A DNA stretch of 64,000 nt, taken from positions 13,667 to 77,666 of the forward strand of contig JAUCBJ010008826.1 of the NCBI GenBank assembly GCA_032718475.1, read 5' to 3'. Position numbers and translations under genes: made by a program. The notes beneath the pieces were generated by a model. That model made no database searches. It was not told where the DNA came from and saw nothing but the letters and a program-made list of their open reading frames with translations. Position 1 is the first letter of the stretch. Each line of letters begins with the position of its first letter. Source of the stretch: Nemertoderma westbladi. Taxonomy: Eukaryota > Animalia > Xenacoelomorpha. This document shows, one piece after another, positions 49,301-60,560 of this stretch.

Positions 49301-51802
49301 TTAGTGTATCCCAAACTTGTCTTAATCCATCTGGATGTCCAATAAACTTTAACGCCATTAACTTGGAGATCCTTCCAAGCACTCGATGAGGAATCTAAGT
49401 TTCTCTCCGTTAGATAGCACAGAGTTCTGTATGTTATCTTTGTAGTATTCATTAAAAGGTAACCATTTCATCTCATCTCCATTGAACTTGACGATCTCTC
49501 CCACCTTTACCGCTTGACGGGCTTCGGTTCTAGCCATTTGACGTGTAAAACTTTCTTGGGCCATCGTATTATTTAATATCGAGTTATCGGTATATAAATT
49601 TCTCGGATTATTATCAGGTCTATATGGAATATCATTGTCAACAGGTTTATAATTACCCTTAATAGGGTTTTCTATAGGAGTTTCTACTTCACTAGCAGTA
49701 TAGATGTGTGTAGGCTCCACACCTTGCACATGAAATACTTCAGACCTAACAGGTTGACACATTGTTACTGGGGTTGGTGGTATACCCCTTTGGGTATTTA
49801 CTAATTTATCTCTCTCTAATGCGATACTCTGCTGCACTTCTTGCAACTCTAACCTACTTTCCCTTACCGTGCCCTTGAACTGCTGAACAGTTCCTTCCAT
49901 CTCCCGGACCTGCTGAGAGGAGCACTTACGGTGTTCCATCAGCTGCCCGAGCAGGAGACCCATCTCCCGTCGTCCCTCAGCTACCCACTCGACCGCCGAA
50001 GCGGGAGTCGCCAACGTAGTAGCGGGCGAGCGAGAGACGACGGGCGATAAATTCTTGATATCTCGCTCAGCGTCCAGGACGGGTTCGGACTCGTGAACAG
50101 TCCTACTGGGCATAGGTAGTTTAGTACTGTGCAAAGGGAATTTAGAGGTAGGTTCTGGGAGTACAGGTGTCTCTATCACCGAAGGGGTGGCTTCGAGAAC
50201 AGGCCTAATTATTTCAGGCTCATCTACTATAGTAGGGAGTCTTTCTATTTTAATTATTTGGTCTATGGGTTCTGTACTACCTAAGTCTGTGCAAGCTAGT
50301 TGCCTTCTAACAGCTGGGGGCAAGTCAGGCAATTTCTGACTGTGAGGCATTCTTCTACGTCTGCTTAGACGAGATCTATTTCCTCCGCCTTCAGGATCGT
50401 TGGTATCGCCTTCATCAGATGATGTATATCCCTGTCTTTTAGGAGTAGATCGACTCATCATCTGCATTTGACTAGCTGTTAACTGTTTATTTATGCAGTC
50501 TTGATTCTCTTGGATATTTTCCAACTCTAGTTGGGTAGTCTCTTCAGACGCTCTTCGTTCTGCTTCTGCCACTGCTATCTTTCTTTCTGCTTCTACTGCT
50601 GCTGCTGCCGCTTTTGCCTCTGCCGCTGCCGCTTTTCTTTCCGCTTCTGCCGCTGCCATTGCCGCTGCTGCTGTCTTTCTGTCTTCTATACGTTTTTTCT
50701 TGACTTGTTCTTCTTGGACCCTAGCGATGCGGAGTCTTTCATCAAATTTAGCTTGGTTCGCAGCTAACATTTCCGCATCTATTGCGTCCAACACAAGCTT
50801 AGCTCCTTCACTATTAGGGCGAAGTCCAGACAACCGTCTCCTCAACTCTTTGTCACCTAGAAATCGTTGATAGTCTGACAGATAGATGTCAATAGCATCC
50901 CTCTTATGCGGTTTCTCTGCTGTCGCTTCACTTTCCACTTGGAAAAGGTAGCGTCTGTTGATTCTCCATGGGTTGAGCACTCAGCCAGCTGAGATTTCCA
51001 CTGGGCCGTTCCTTGAACTTTGAGACCCACCCGCTGAAACCAAGTCTTTACGGCAACTTGCAACGACGTGTCTTGTCTTCTTTTCGAAGCCTCCTCAAAG
51101 GCCGATAGGATTAGTCTGATTCTTAGAATTCTTTCTCGAACTTGATAAAGCAGCTCTCCCTGCTCTTGAGGTCCTTGGGGTTGTCGAACCAGTTGTTCCT
51201 CTAATCGCTCCAAAGAGCTGAAGAATCCCTGTACGTATCCTGCTGCCGACCTCTTCCACACAGCTGGATCGCTGGTGTCTTTTGACACTCCCATCCTGTA
51301 TATGTCTTCCCAGGCAGCTTCCGATAAGTCAAACGGGAGTCCGGGTCCGGGGAAGTTCCATTGCGACTCGACAATAGACTTCAGTTCTTCCCTTGTGTAT
51401 CCCGCATAACTATCCTTGGTCGATCGCTTACTTCTCGCCCAATCAATCTGGTGTTCCTCCACCGCAATCAATACCCTAATGAGTACGGCTGCAGGAAGGA
51501 TGAGAAGGGGATCCGAATAAACCGCATCTGCCATCTTTGGGCCGCTGAGAAATAAGTTCTCGGCTCGAGTGTTGCTGCTGTTCAACAGCTGCCTCTTGGT
51601 CCCGCTTGAACTGAGCTCGAGTGCCTATGATAGACCTACGGTGTTGGACTAGCCTAGGGTCTGATACTACTACTGGAGGGATGATCTTTCTTACAGTAGG
51701 AGGTGAGTTGAACTTCGGTCTCACACATTCCACACTCCTGTCTGGGTCACAGATGGTTGTATCTAGGAGACTGTCTGACAGGTTTTGCTTTGTGTCAGAC
51801 AT
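43367..51802 (-). pseudogene. gag-pol: BEL/Pao gag-pol polyprotein of copy B, broken by several frameshifts/stops and a duplication
   Basis: Gag knuckles CALCDGPH/CYNCLRQGH/CAKCGAKHHILLH. Protease ALLDSGS. RT IYMDD and FRLTKFTSNS. RNase H LHVFGDAS, PRAELKAA and YWTDA. Integrase H..H...CIPC, GVDLFGP, SDKGTNF and LTPAHFL. Confidence 0.95.
47461..48220. repeat. ~381-bp tandem duplication of the protease region in copy B
   Basis: CTAGGTATATTAAGCTGCTGGGTG at 47461 and 47842. The ALLDSGS motif appears twice. Confidence 0.9.
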
Positions 51803-51939
51803 GTTTGTTTGTACAGTTGAATGCCTACTGCTATATTACAGTTAAAGCAAGTCTAGTAATTCAGTATCAACTGTTAGCCTAGTAATTAATTACTGATACT
51901 GTTACTCAGTGTAACGTGATATATATATAATATATTAGA

Positions 51940-52435
51940 ATACCTGTATACACTTATAGTATATATATAAGTATTATTACAGACTAGATTTGTCACAGAA
52001 TACCGGTATATAATTTCAGCGCAAATATATAGCAATATATAATAAGCCTATCGTGAATACCGGTATACAGCTTACACTTATAGTATATATAAGTATTATT
52101 GCAGACTAGGTTTGTCACAGAATACCGGTATATAATTTCAGCACAAATATATAGAAGTATATAATAAGCCTATCATAAATACCGGTATGCAGCTTACACT
52201 TATAGTATATATAAGTATAATTATAGACTAGAATTAATTACAGAATACCGGTATATAATTTCAGCACAAATATATAGAAATATATAATAAGCCTATCATA
52301 AATACCGATATGCAGCTTACACTTATAGTATATATAAGTATAATTATAGACTAGAATTAATTACAGAATACCGGTATATAATTTCAGCACAAATATATAG
52401 AAATATATAATAAGCCTATCGTGAATACCGGTATG
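51940..52435. repeat. ~120-bp tandem repeats in the 5' leader of copy B (about 4 copies; fewer in copy A)
   Basis: Recurring CAGAATACCGGTATATAATTTCAGC...ATAATAAGCCTATC. Confidence 0.8.
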
Positions 52436-53925
52436 TCAATTATTTTAGAATAATTGAATTTCTGAATTTTAGGGTTACTTGGTTACTTTACTTTACTTTA
52501 TTACCGTTATTTAAGCAGTGGTCCAACTGATATTAAGACCTAATTGATGTATGACAGGCCTACTATTTTATAAATCGGTTTCAGTTGATTTATAATATAT
52601 ATACCCGTATAATGGGTTTTTGTCAATGTTTGAAATAAATGTTATTATTTCTGGGAAAGAGTCACCGCACAGAAGCTGTACGCTCTCAGTGAAGTGCTAC
52701 AAAACAAATAAAACAAATAATTCTAATTTGCCTAAGTTACTTATTACTACAAATTACGTACAATACGGGGTGAGATTACAATCTCTAAATAAACACAAAA
52801 ATTATACGTACAAATTTTTAGGGGTAATTTTACAAGAAGTCTACAAACCAGCCTAACAAAGGGTTAGAATATCTGGTTATTACAACGGACAGGATACTAC
52901 GGTATTTGAAGATAATAAGCAGTAGTAAATATATTGCGTTGTCCAGATAGAAAAAATACCACCGTCTGACGACTTATAGCCGTATCGCTATAAGTACTAC
53001 GTTATGTTTCACGGAGTGTTCCTACCTAGAAGTTAATTACCGCAGCCTACCAGAGCCAACGTGCCTATTAACCACACAAATATACTGCCTACACACTAAT
53101 TACCTTCGGAAAGCACTGTACACTAAACCCTCAATTAGGTACAAGCACTTATACAACAAATAACCAGCCGTTAAAAATACTTGTACAGCTAAAAGAACCA
53201 CGGTATCTGCCGGAGTGACCAAAGCATAAAATCTCCAGTCTTTACCTACGCCAAACAGCCCTGATGTAGTACCGGGGTTAATTTAACTATAACGGTATGT
53301 ATAACAAGCACAATTACTGTAGGAATAAACTTGGGGTATGAATGTTGCGAATAATCGCATAAACTCTGAATAATAAATATTACGCTACCCTTACAGACTA
53401 CACAAACAAAATACAGACCAAACGCTGGCAGACTACTATCAAGCCTAAATAAACCACAGTATATGCAGACTCCGAAATGGTTAGTTAGTATGCGTTCTAA
53501 CCGAGTAGTACGACTTATTCTTTCGGGGGGATTTACCTTACAGCTCTGGAAGCCCACCACGTTCCTAACTAGTACTTTATCGGACATACACTCTACACAC
53601 ACTGCAATCTCTTCAGACTTAACAACAGTCAGACAACAGTCCAGCCTACAAATTACCTGTACAATCTGAGCAGGCTTACACGTCTTCTGCTCAATATTAA
53701 CTTACAGATAAATAAAACTGACAGAAATAAATAAGCTACAAAAGAAACAAGGGGTGTACAGTCCCTAATCTCTTAAACAGCCTACCGGTATACAATATCA
53801 CAATCGAAATAATACTAGTACGTGTACTGCGGTAAGTTCCGGTTCGGGTGGTTAGGCAGTTAGGCCTACTAGTTACCGGTCGACCGGTACTTTAGTCTTT
53901 ATTGCCTACATCGCAATAAAGATCC

Positions 53926-53937
53926 TATAACTGTTAT
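53926..53937 (-). promoter_or_regulatory. Putative self-priming PBS of copy B
   Basis: Element-sense ATAACAGTTATA abuts the 5' LTR and is complementary to the LTR segment at 54684-54695. Confidence 0.7.
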
Positions 53938-55130
53938 TGCTCGCGCTTTTAGACCTTTAGCAGTTTAACCTGCCAAATTTAGGTGTCTTTTAGGTTATAA
54001 ATCGACTTTAGCCTATGACGAGTATTTGATACACTACATTAGCCGAAGCCAGTCTATGCGCGACCATTCACCCGCTGGATATACCCGGGAGACTGGATTC
54101 GGAAGCTCTGACCTTATTGCGGTGTAGGCCTACTGTATTATTCGACTGATCGTTAATATATAATCTCTGACAAATATTATTCACTTTCGGGAAATATCAA
54201 CAGTTCCTTTGGGACGTGGCGCTCTAAGTATGTAAACAGAGTTATGACTTACACTAAACACAACGGGATGGCTAATGATTCACGTATAAAGCGCATTCTT
54301 TAGGAGATGCTTTGTTATCTGTCACAGTCATGCACACTACCGCACAATGCTGCACACCGATCTGCCGACCTTCACTAATTTTAGTCATATAAAGAGAACA
54401 GCAACTGACACATGTAGTGCCTATGAAATAGAATTAGATTCATTCCAAAACCAATGTAATGTAAGTCGCAATTGCTATATGTAACCGGTCTCTTACCTTC
54501 AGTATATCAAGAAGATTGGGGTTTTATGATTATTTATCGATATTATCCAAATATAATAATATTCCATCAACTGATACAATTAATAACCGACAGTAAATAG
54601 CAGTAAATAATGCGGTGTTTGTAGGTGACAATATGATTTGAGCATGTACTGGTTTGATATGGTTTGATTTGCAGTGTGATAGGATAACAGTTATACGTTT
54701 CTATGATCAAAGCCTACTAATGTTTGGCTAAAGCCTGAAACACAGAATAATTCCAAAGCCGGTCTTCTGGCATCAGGAAAAAAGGTAAACATAAACCGTA
54801 ATGCATTGTGCGATTTCCCGGAGGTTTCTGTACAAAGAACATGAGAATCGCTCTGATTGGTTGACCGAACAAAGAAACAAAGGAAAAGTTACACGTGTAC
54901 ATATCAGCTGATAGATGTCGTCATAGTAACTACACTGTATCAACAGGATTTTGGCTTATTGCGACATAAAATCGCTAGTTATGTCCGCTAAAGTACACAT
55001 ACAGAAGAAATGGCTTTTTATGTCCACTAAAACACCGGTACAGTAAGGAAACGGTTATTTATGTCCGTTAAAACACCTACAGAGTACTTTGCGGGGAAAA
55101 TAACCAGCTAATTCCGCAAAAGCCTTTACA
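53938..55130 (-). repeat. 5' LTR of copy B
   Basis: TG...CA ends. Direct repeat of 36244-37396. Confidence 0.95.
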
Positions 55131-55579
55131 GCTTTGATGCACCCAGATTAATTTTAACACTTTAACTGGGGGGGGGGGGGGAGTGTCCGGGGGGCAAGTG
55201 TCCGGGGGGGAAGTGTCCGGGGGGGAAGTGTCCTACTTGGGTGGGGGGGAAGTGTCCGGGGGGAACTGTCCGGGGGGTGAAGTGTCCTAGATCCGTTAGG
55301 ACTTTATATGATTTCTGCGGTCGCAAAATATTAAAATCAAACACAAAATCCAATAATGGAATCATGAAAAAATGTAATATACAGTATATTTATATAGTTA
55401 CAAATATTATTATAGTTATAGAGGGCCTACATTTATATTATTATGGTTAGAGTTTACACTTTTGATAACTTATATACCAAATAATTATATTAATTCAGTA
55501 ATAGGACTTGTGTGCGATACTGTAGTAAGATCGTCGCGGCCTAAGTGATCTCTGCCGTAACGCCGTACACCGCGGACCA

Positions 55580-55990
55580 TTCCTCATTGATCTAGACTTT
55601 GCTGATGACTTAGGAGTACTCTCAGAATCACTAGAGGGAGCCCAAGGGCTCCTCAGTTCATTAGAACAAGCTGCTTCTAGTGTTGGTCTTTTTATTAACT
55701 CCAAAAATACCAAAATTTTGATAGTTAACTTTGAAAGTCGTCAGCAAGTCTCTGACCGGATGAGCATAAGCTCAAAGGATGGTATGCTTGAGCATGTGGA
55801 CGACTTCTGTTACCTGGGATCATGGCTTTCTTGATAAGGACTTAAAGGACACTGCCCTTGAAGATGCGGATGATCTAGCAAATGTCATGGGTGGTAGGGA
55901 GTTATGGCGGCGCAAATTTGTCAACAATCCGGCTCAGCATTCTTAAATGCAGCTGCAATGCAGCATGCGCATGCCGATCCTAGTATTAGT
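55580..55990 (+). pseudogene. RTE-like LINE RT fragment plus 3' tail
   Basis: LDFADDLGVLSESLEGAQGLLSSLEQAASSVGLFINSKNTK...LEHVDDFCYLGS. The tail CAGCATTCTTAAATGCAGCTGCAATGCAGCAT also occurs at ~650-690. Confidence 0.75.
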
Positions 55991-58900
55991 AGTTGTTTAT
56001 AGAGGAGGTCAATAGTAAGAATGCCGAGAGACTTATAGATAGGTTTAGAGGAGGCTTGGTAGTGAGAGAACAGCGTGGGAATTTGTTGACTTTACGTAAT
56101 GGCACATTTCGAAATTTCACACATCGTAGTAATTGTGATTATGATTTGTTTGCCTAGGCGAATGTGTATTACATTAGATGGGAGGCAGTTTCATGGTTGA
56201 TGCAAGTCATTCTTGGTTTGTATCTTCCATTCCCATCTGTTTCTTGGAGTCCGTGTAAGACAGGTTCGTTTAAAGCCGTCTAGATGGCGTTCTGTTACTA
56301 ATTGGTTTATTATAGGATTAAAGCATTTACAGCGTATTATAATTCGTATACTTGATTAGATTCAGCCCTTCTGTAGCTTCTGAGCATCCAGTCAAGACCA
56401 ATCGTGCAAGTGGAGTAGATGAAGTTCTCCGATGATGATGGAGATGATTCGAGAGTGTTTGGAGCTCATTCACCCCGTTATTGTGGACATGTAGGACAAT
56501 GAGTCACTCAAGAAATGAAAACAAATAAGTTATCCCTGTTCCCACGAAGGGCAACTTATCAAACAAACTACATAACTGTATTTCAAATTTTATGCAATCC
56601 AATTAAGAGTTGTGTTTGGAGAAGACTCCATATAATTTCTTGCAACTTGCATATAATTTATCTACCAATAGGCTGATATATTTAATAATTCCATAATATT
56701 AATATATCTTCATATTTATCATAATTTCATATACAGTAGTAACATAAAAGTGAAAAATCACAGTTTCTCAGAGCAACGGAAAAACTAGAAATATTAGAAT
56801 CTTAAAATTTTAAACCAGCTATAATAGTCCATGGGCCAGCCAGCATAGGGGATACTTTTTGGTAACCACCCGGAACTTATATTTTTGGGAAGACCTAGCT
56901 TCTGGCCATTCATTTTGATATGATAACAAATCTGAATCGGTAGCTGACTTGGTGTTATCACCGGTTGTCATGGAAATGGTAAAACAACAAACATGCTGTA
57001 GTATTCTAATAACTCAATATAAATTCATCGCATCTTTTGAAAAAGATAGCTACTGGTCTAACAATTCTAAATGTGACATAAAATTCTGGAATATAATTAT
57101 TGTTACCATGGGAATGCTGCTAAATGAAAACTGACATGTTTTAGAAAAATAGCTACCATTCTAGAACAATACCATTATTTTAAAAACAAATTGCCACATT
57201 TTATTGAATATTAGTTTTGGAAAATTTTGGTATACTGAGAGCTAAACCTGTTTTGTTATAACGGTGATATATGGTTCCAAAGATATACCCATGTTTGAAA
57301 TATTTTTATTTTTCATCATTTTAATCTCATTCCACTCTGTTTCAAAATAATGACTTTAACAAATATTTATGTCAATAAAAAACAATCAAGATGTGACTAC
57401 AAATCACTTTAAAATGACAAGTGACATCTAAATGGCATTTCAGACAACACTCCTTCACAGGTTACCATGACTACCACTACAGATGCAATTGAAGATGACT
57501 CAGATATGACACAAACTTAAATGACTTGACACCTACCACAAAAGAGAGGTTAGTTCTTTTAGTATATTCACTTCAATTTATATATTTATCATAATTTTTC
57601 CTAGATGATTTCTGCAAAGATGATTCCATCGATAATAACATTTTTGAATACTAAATCCTCTTTATTTAATAATAAATACATAATTATGTATGTACGTATT
57701 CTTAATTGGTATGCGATGATGTCATCCGAGCAAATAGAGTATTCTTAGTCGAGTAGGTAATATATGTGATACAATTACTGCTGTATAGAAATCACTTCAT
57801 CATCTGAGGTGTCAAGTGCATCAGTTCATTCCAATTCCGCCTCCTTCCATTTCGTGCATTACTTGAATTTGTACAACTCAATGCAATGAAGTTTATTTTG
57901 TAGGCAGATACGTTAGTGGTTTACATGACGTAGTACAATTTCAATACAGCAGAGAGAGATAGAGAGAGAGGATTGATGATGGAGCTGGAAGAACATGCAT
58001 CCAATCAGGTATTATCATATCCTCCTCATCTAACAGACAGACCTACAGTATAATGGGAGAAGGTACATTGATGATGGATACTAAACTTTTTTCCAAATAT
58101 ACGCTTGGTAGTTGGCTTTGGATATATAGGTGTATAAACAATACTTACAAGGTGGCAGCAAAGGTTGACTCGATTTCTCCACTTTTTGAGATTAAAAGAC
58201 GATACTGAAGCACGTTCACGTCATTAATATCTGACCACCTGAGATATAATTGGCATATAAAACTTTCTAAATCTCTAGATACGATTCTGATAGTTGCCAA
58301 TGTTCGCCAATGATGAATATTAACATGTGTTGGAAGGTTATGAATAATATAGACATCAGTGCAGAGGCAGGTTTCACTGAAAGGGGTGGTGGGGGGGGGG
58401 GGGGGGGGGGGGGTGTATCCAATAGCAAACGTCAAAGACTAGATCAAGTATGTGACATTCATATTCGAGATGATAATGAGGGTGTCGGCAATAAATGGAC
58501 ACAAACAATGCCATCATGACCTTCAACCAACTCAAATACATTACAAGGGATGAAAACGATGTCCTGAAATACCAGGTTTATCAAAAGTGTGGATCTCTAA
58601 GTAGAATAACGCATTGTAACATAAACACTATATCAGCTAATCTTGGACCTGACTTATGCATAATACTTATTGCTTTACATGAATGTCAGAAGTTAATGAC
58701 GTGAACGAGCTTCGGTATCGTCTTTTCTGTTCAAAACATGGAGAAATCGAGTCAACCTTGCTGCCACCTTGTAAATATTGTTTAAAGAGAGACACCTATC
58801 CCGAGCCAACTACCAATCGTATATAAGCTTAGTACCCATCATCAATGTATCTTCTCCCATAGGTCTGGGATGGCTGTTAGATGAGGAGGATATGGTAATA

Positions 58901-58993
58901 CCTGATTGGATGCATATTCTACCAGCTCCATAATCTATCCTCTCTCTCTATCTCTGCTGTATTGCAATTGTAAACCACCAACATGTATCTGCC

Positions 58994-59234
58994 GGTTGAG
59001 TACAAAACAAAGACCCAAGACTTTTCTGCCTGTTCTGTACAAAACAAAGAGGTGAAGTCGCGCTAGGTCCATAAGAGCGATAAGTCCCATTGCTATTTAA
59101 AGGAGCAGGTTAGTAAAGGAGCACGTTACTGAGGCGTGTTGGGGGAACCAAAACAATAAACGAAAGTTAACACATGTTAGATGATTATGCAGGTCTTTAT
59201 AATTGGGTGTTGAGTCTTTGTTTTGTACTCACTC
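58994..59234. mobile_element. Mutator-like MITE with 10-bp TSD
   Basis: TIRs TGAGTACAAAACAAAGAC/GTCTTTGTTTTGTACTCA. TGTATCTGCC at 58984-58993 and 59235-59244. The inverted paralogue near 57900 shows the empty site. Confidence 0.8.
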
Positions 59235-59700
59235 TGTATCTGCCTACAAAACAAACATCAACATCATTGCATTGAGTTGTGCAAATTCAAGTCATGTACC
59301 AACAGGAAGGAGGCGAAATTTGAATGAACTGAAGCTCTTGACGTGATTTTTGACTAACATATTTGCACTACTTGTTTTATTCTTACCCCAGGTGACACTT
59401 TAAAAATTACCAAAAAATTTCACGAATGTAATATTGCAGTTCTATAATCGCTTTCAGCATCCAAAAAAACCGCTATATATCGCAAATAAATTAATTTTAG
59501 TGAATTATGAAAACTATTGAAAATCTTAGTACGAAAGTACTGGAGATGGGTGCCAGAAAGGGAGCACAGCACGAAAACTAACATGACCATGTAAATGGCG
59601 TTTGCTCGTGTTGGATAACCCATTAAATTTTAGGAAAAGTCACGAAATCTCGGTTTTCCAAACAAACCTTACTCAAAGATACAGACTAATTACAAAATTA

Positions 59701-60560
59701 AGCCGGGCGCGTATTCCCAATCCTTACACTACTAGGAACACCTCTTGCATTAACACCTGGGATTGGTTAATGAGTTATTATTTGATTGGACGTTGAAATC
59801 ATGTAAGGAATGGAAAGAGGGGTCGAACTAGTGTCAGGTTTTTATAAAGTGCTCCAAACGCTCCAAATAAAATAAACTCTTAAAACCTCTAGATGTCTAG
59901 ATGGCGCGCTAGTGCAGTTCGATGCACACGAATAGCAGACGGACTATTCATAAGCAATTACTACTGTACAGTACTATAATCGGCCTGCTGCATTGAAACT
60001 GCACATTGAGATGCTATGCCAGTTTGGCAAAAGTATTTTGTCACCTCCATGCAATCCACAATTGGCAAGCCAAATGCAGCGTACATTAAGAATTCTATGC
60101 CGGCTTATCAACAAAGTTGCACCACCACAATTCCCTATCCCCCATAACTTTCGTGAGATTAGCTGCATCTTCAAGGCCAGTGTCCTTTAGGAGGCGTCTT
60201 AAGAAAGTCATGGGCTGTCCATCATGCTTATTTTCTCTATGGGGCTGCCAAAGCACAATATTGTGCGCAGTGTGGTCCTTATGTGTGGGGGCAGCTCATG
60301 CAGCCCTGTATAAACCATATCCCAATGTTCTACTGCCTAGAATAATATCAAATGTTAAGTCTACTCATCTAATACTGGTGGTGTTGCTGTAATAACCCTT
60401 ACATGATTTCACCCAATTTCTCCATTCCTTACAGCGTTTGGAACACTTTCTACTGTACCTGCAAACTGAGTATAAAACTCTTACACTAGTTCGACCCCTA
60501 TCTCCATTCCTTACATGATTTTTTCCTACTAGTGTAAGGTTTGGGAATATGCCCCCGGCC
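59701..60560. mobile_element. Harbinger-like MITE
   Basis: Imperfect TIRs GCCGGGCGCGTATTCCCAATCCTTACACTA.TAGG / CCTACTAGTGTAAGGTTTGGGAATATGCCCCCGGCC, plus an inner inverted ATGTAAGGAATGGA...GGGGTCGAACTAGTGT. Confidence 0.55.

Larger units (their letters stand above)
36244..55130 (-). mobile_element. BEL/Pao LTR retrotransposon, near full-length 18.9-kb copy B with large accessory ORF3
   Basis: LTRs 53938-55130 (5') and 36244-37396 (3'). TSD GCTTT at 36239-36243 and 55131-55135. Gag-PR-RT-RH-IN domain order with BEL/Pao motifs. Confidence 0.97.
35401..55295. mobile_element. ~1-kb CGG-terminated TIR element with (GGACACTTCCCCCC)n subterminal repeats, hosting copy B
   Basis: CGGTGTTCGGACACTTCC at 35401 and AAGTGTCCTAGATCCG at 55295. 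6-bp TSD TTAGGA at 35395-35400 and 55296-55301. Confidence 0.8.

Noticed and set aside
56949-57134. Duplicated 61-aa ORF (also 61105-61290)
   Set aside because: Lies within the Academ TIRs, starts at a non-ATG codon and has no recognisable domain.
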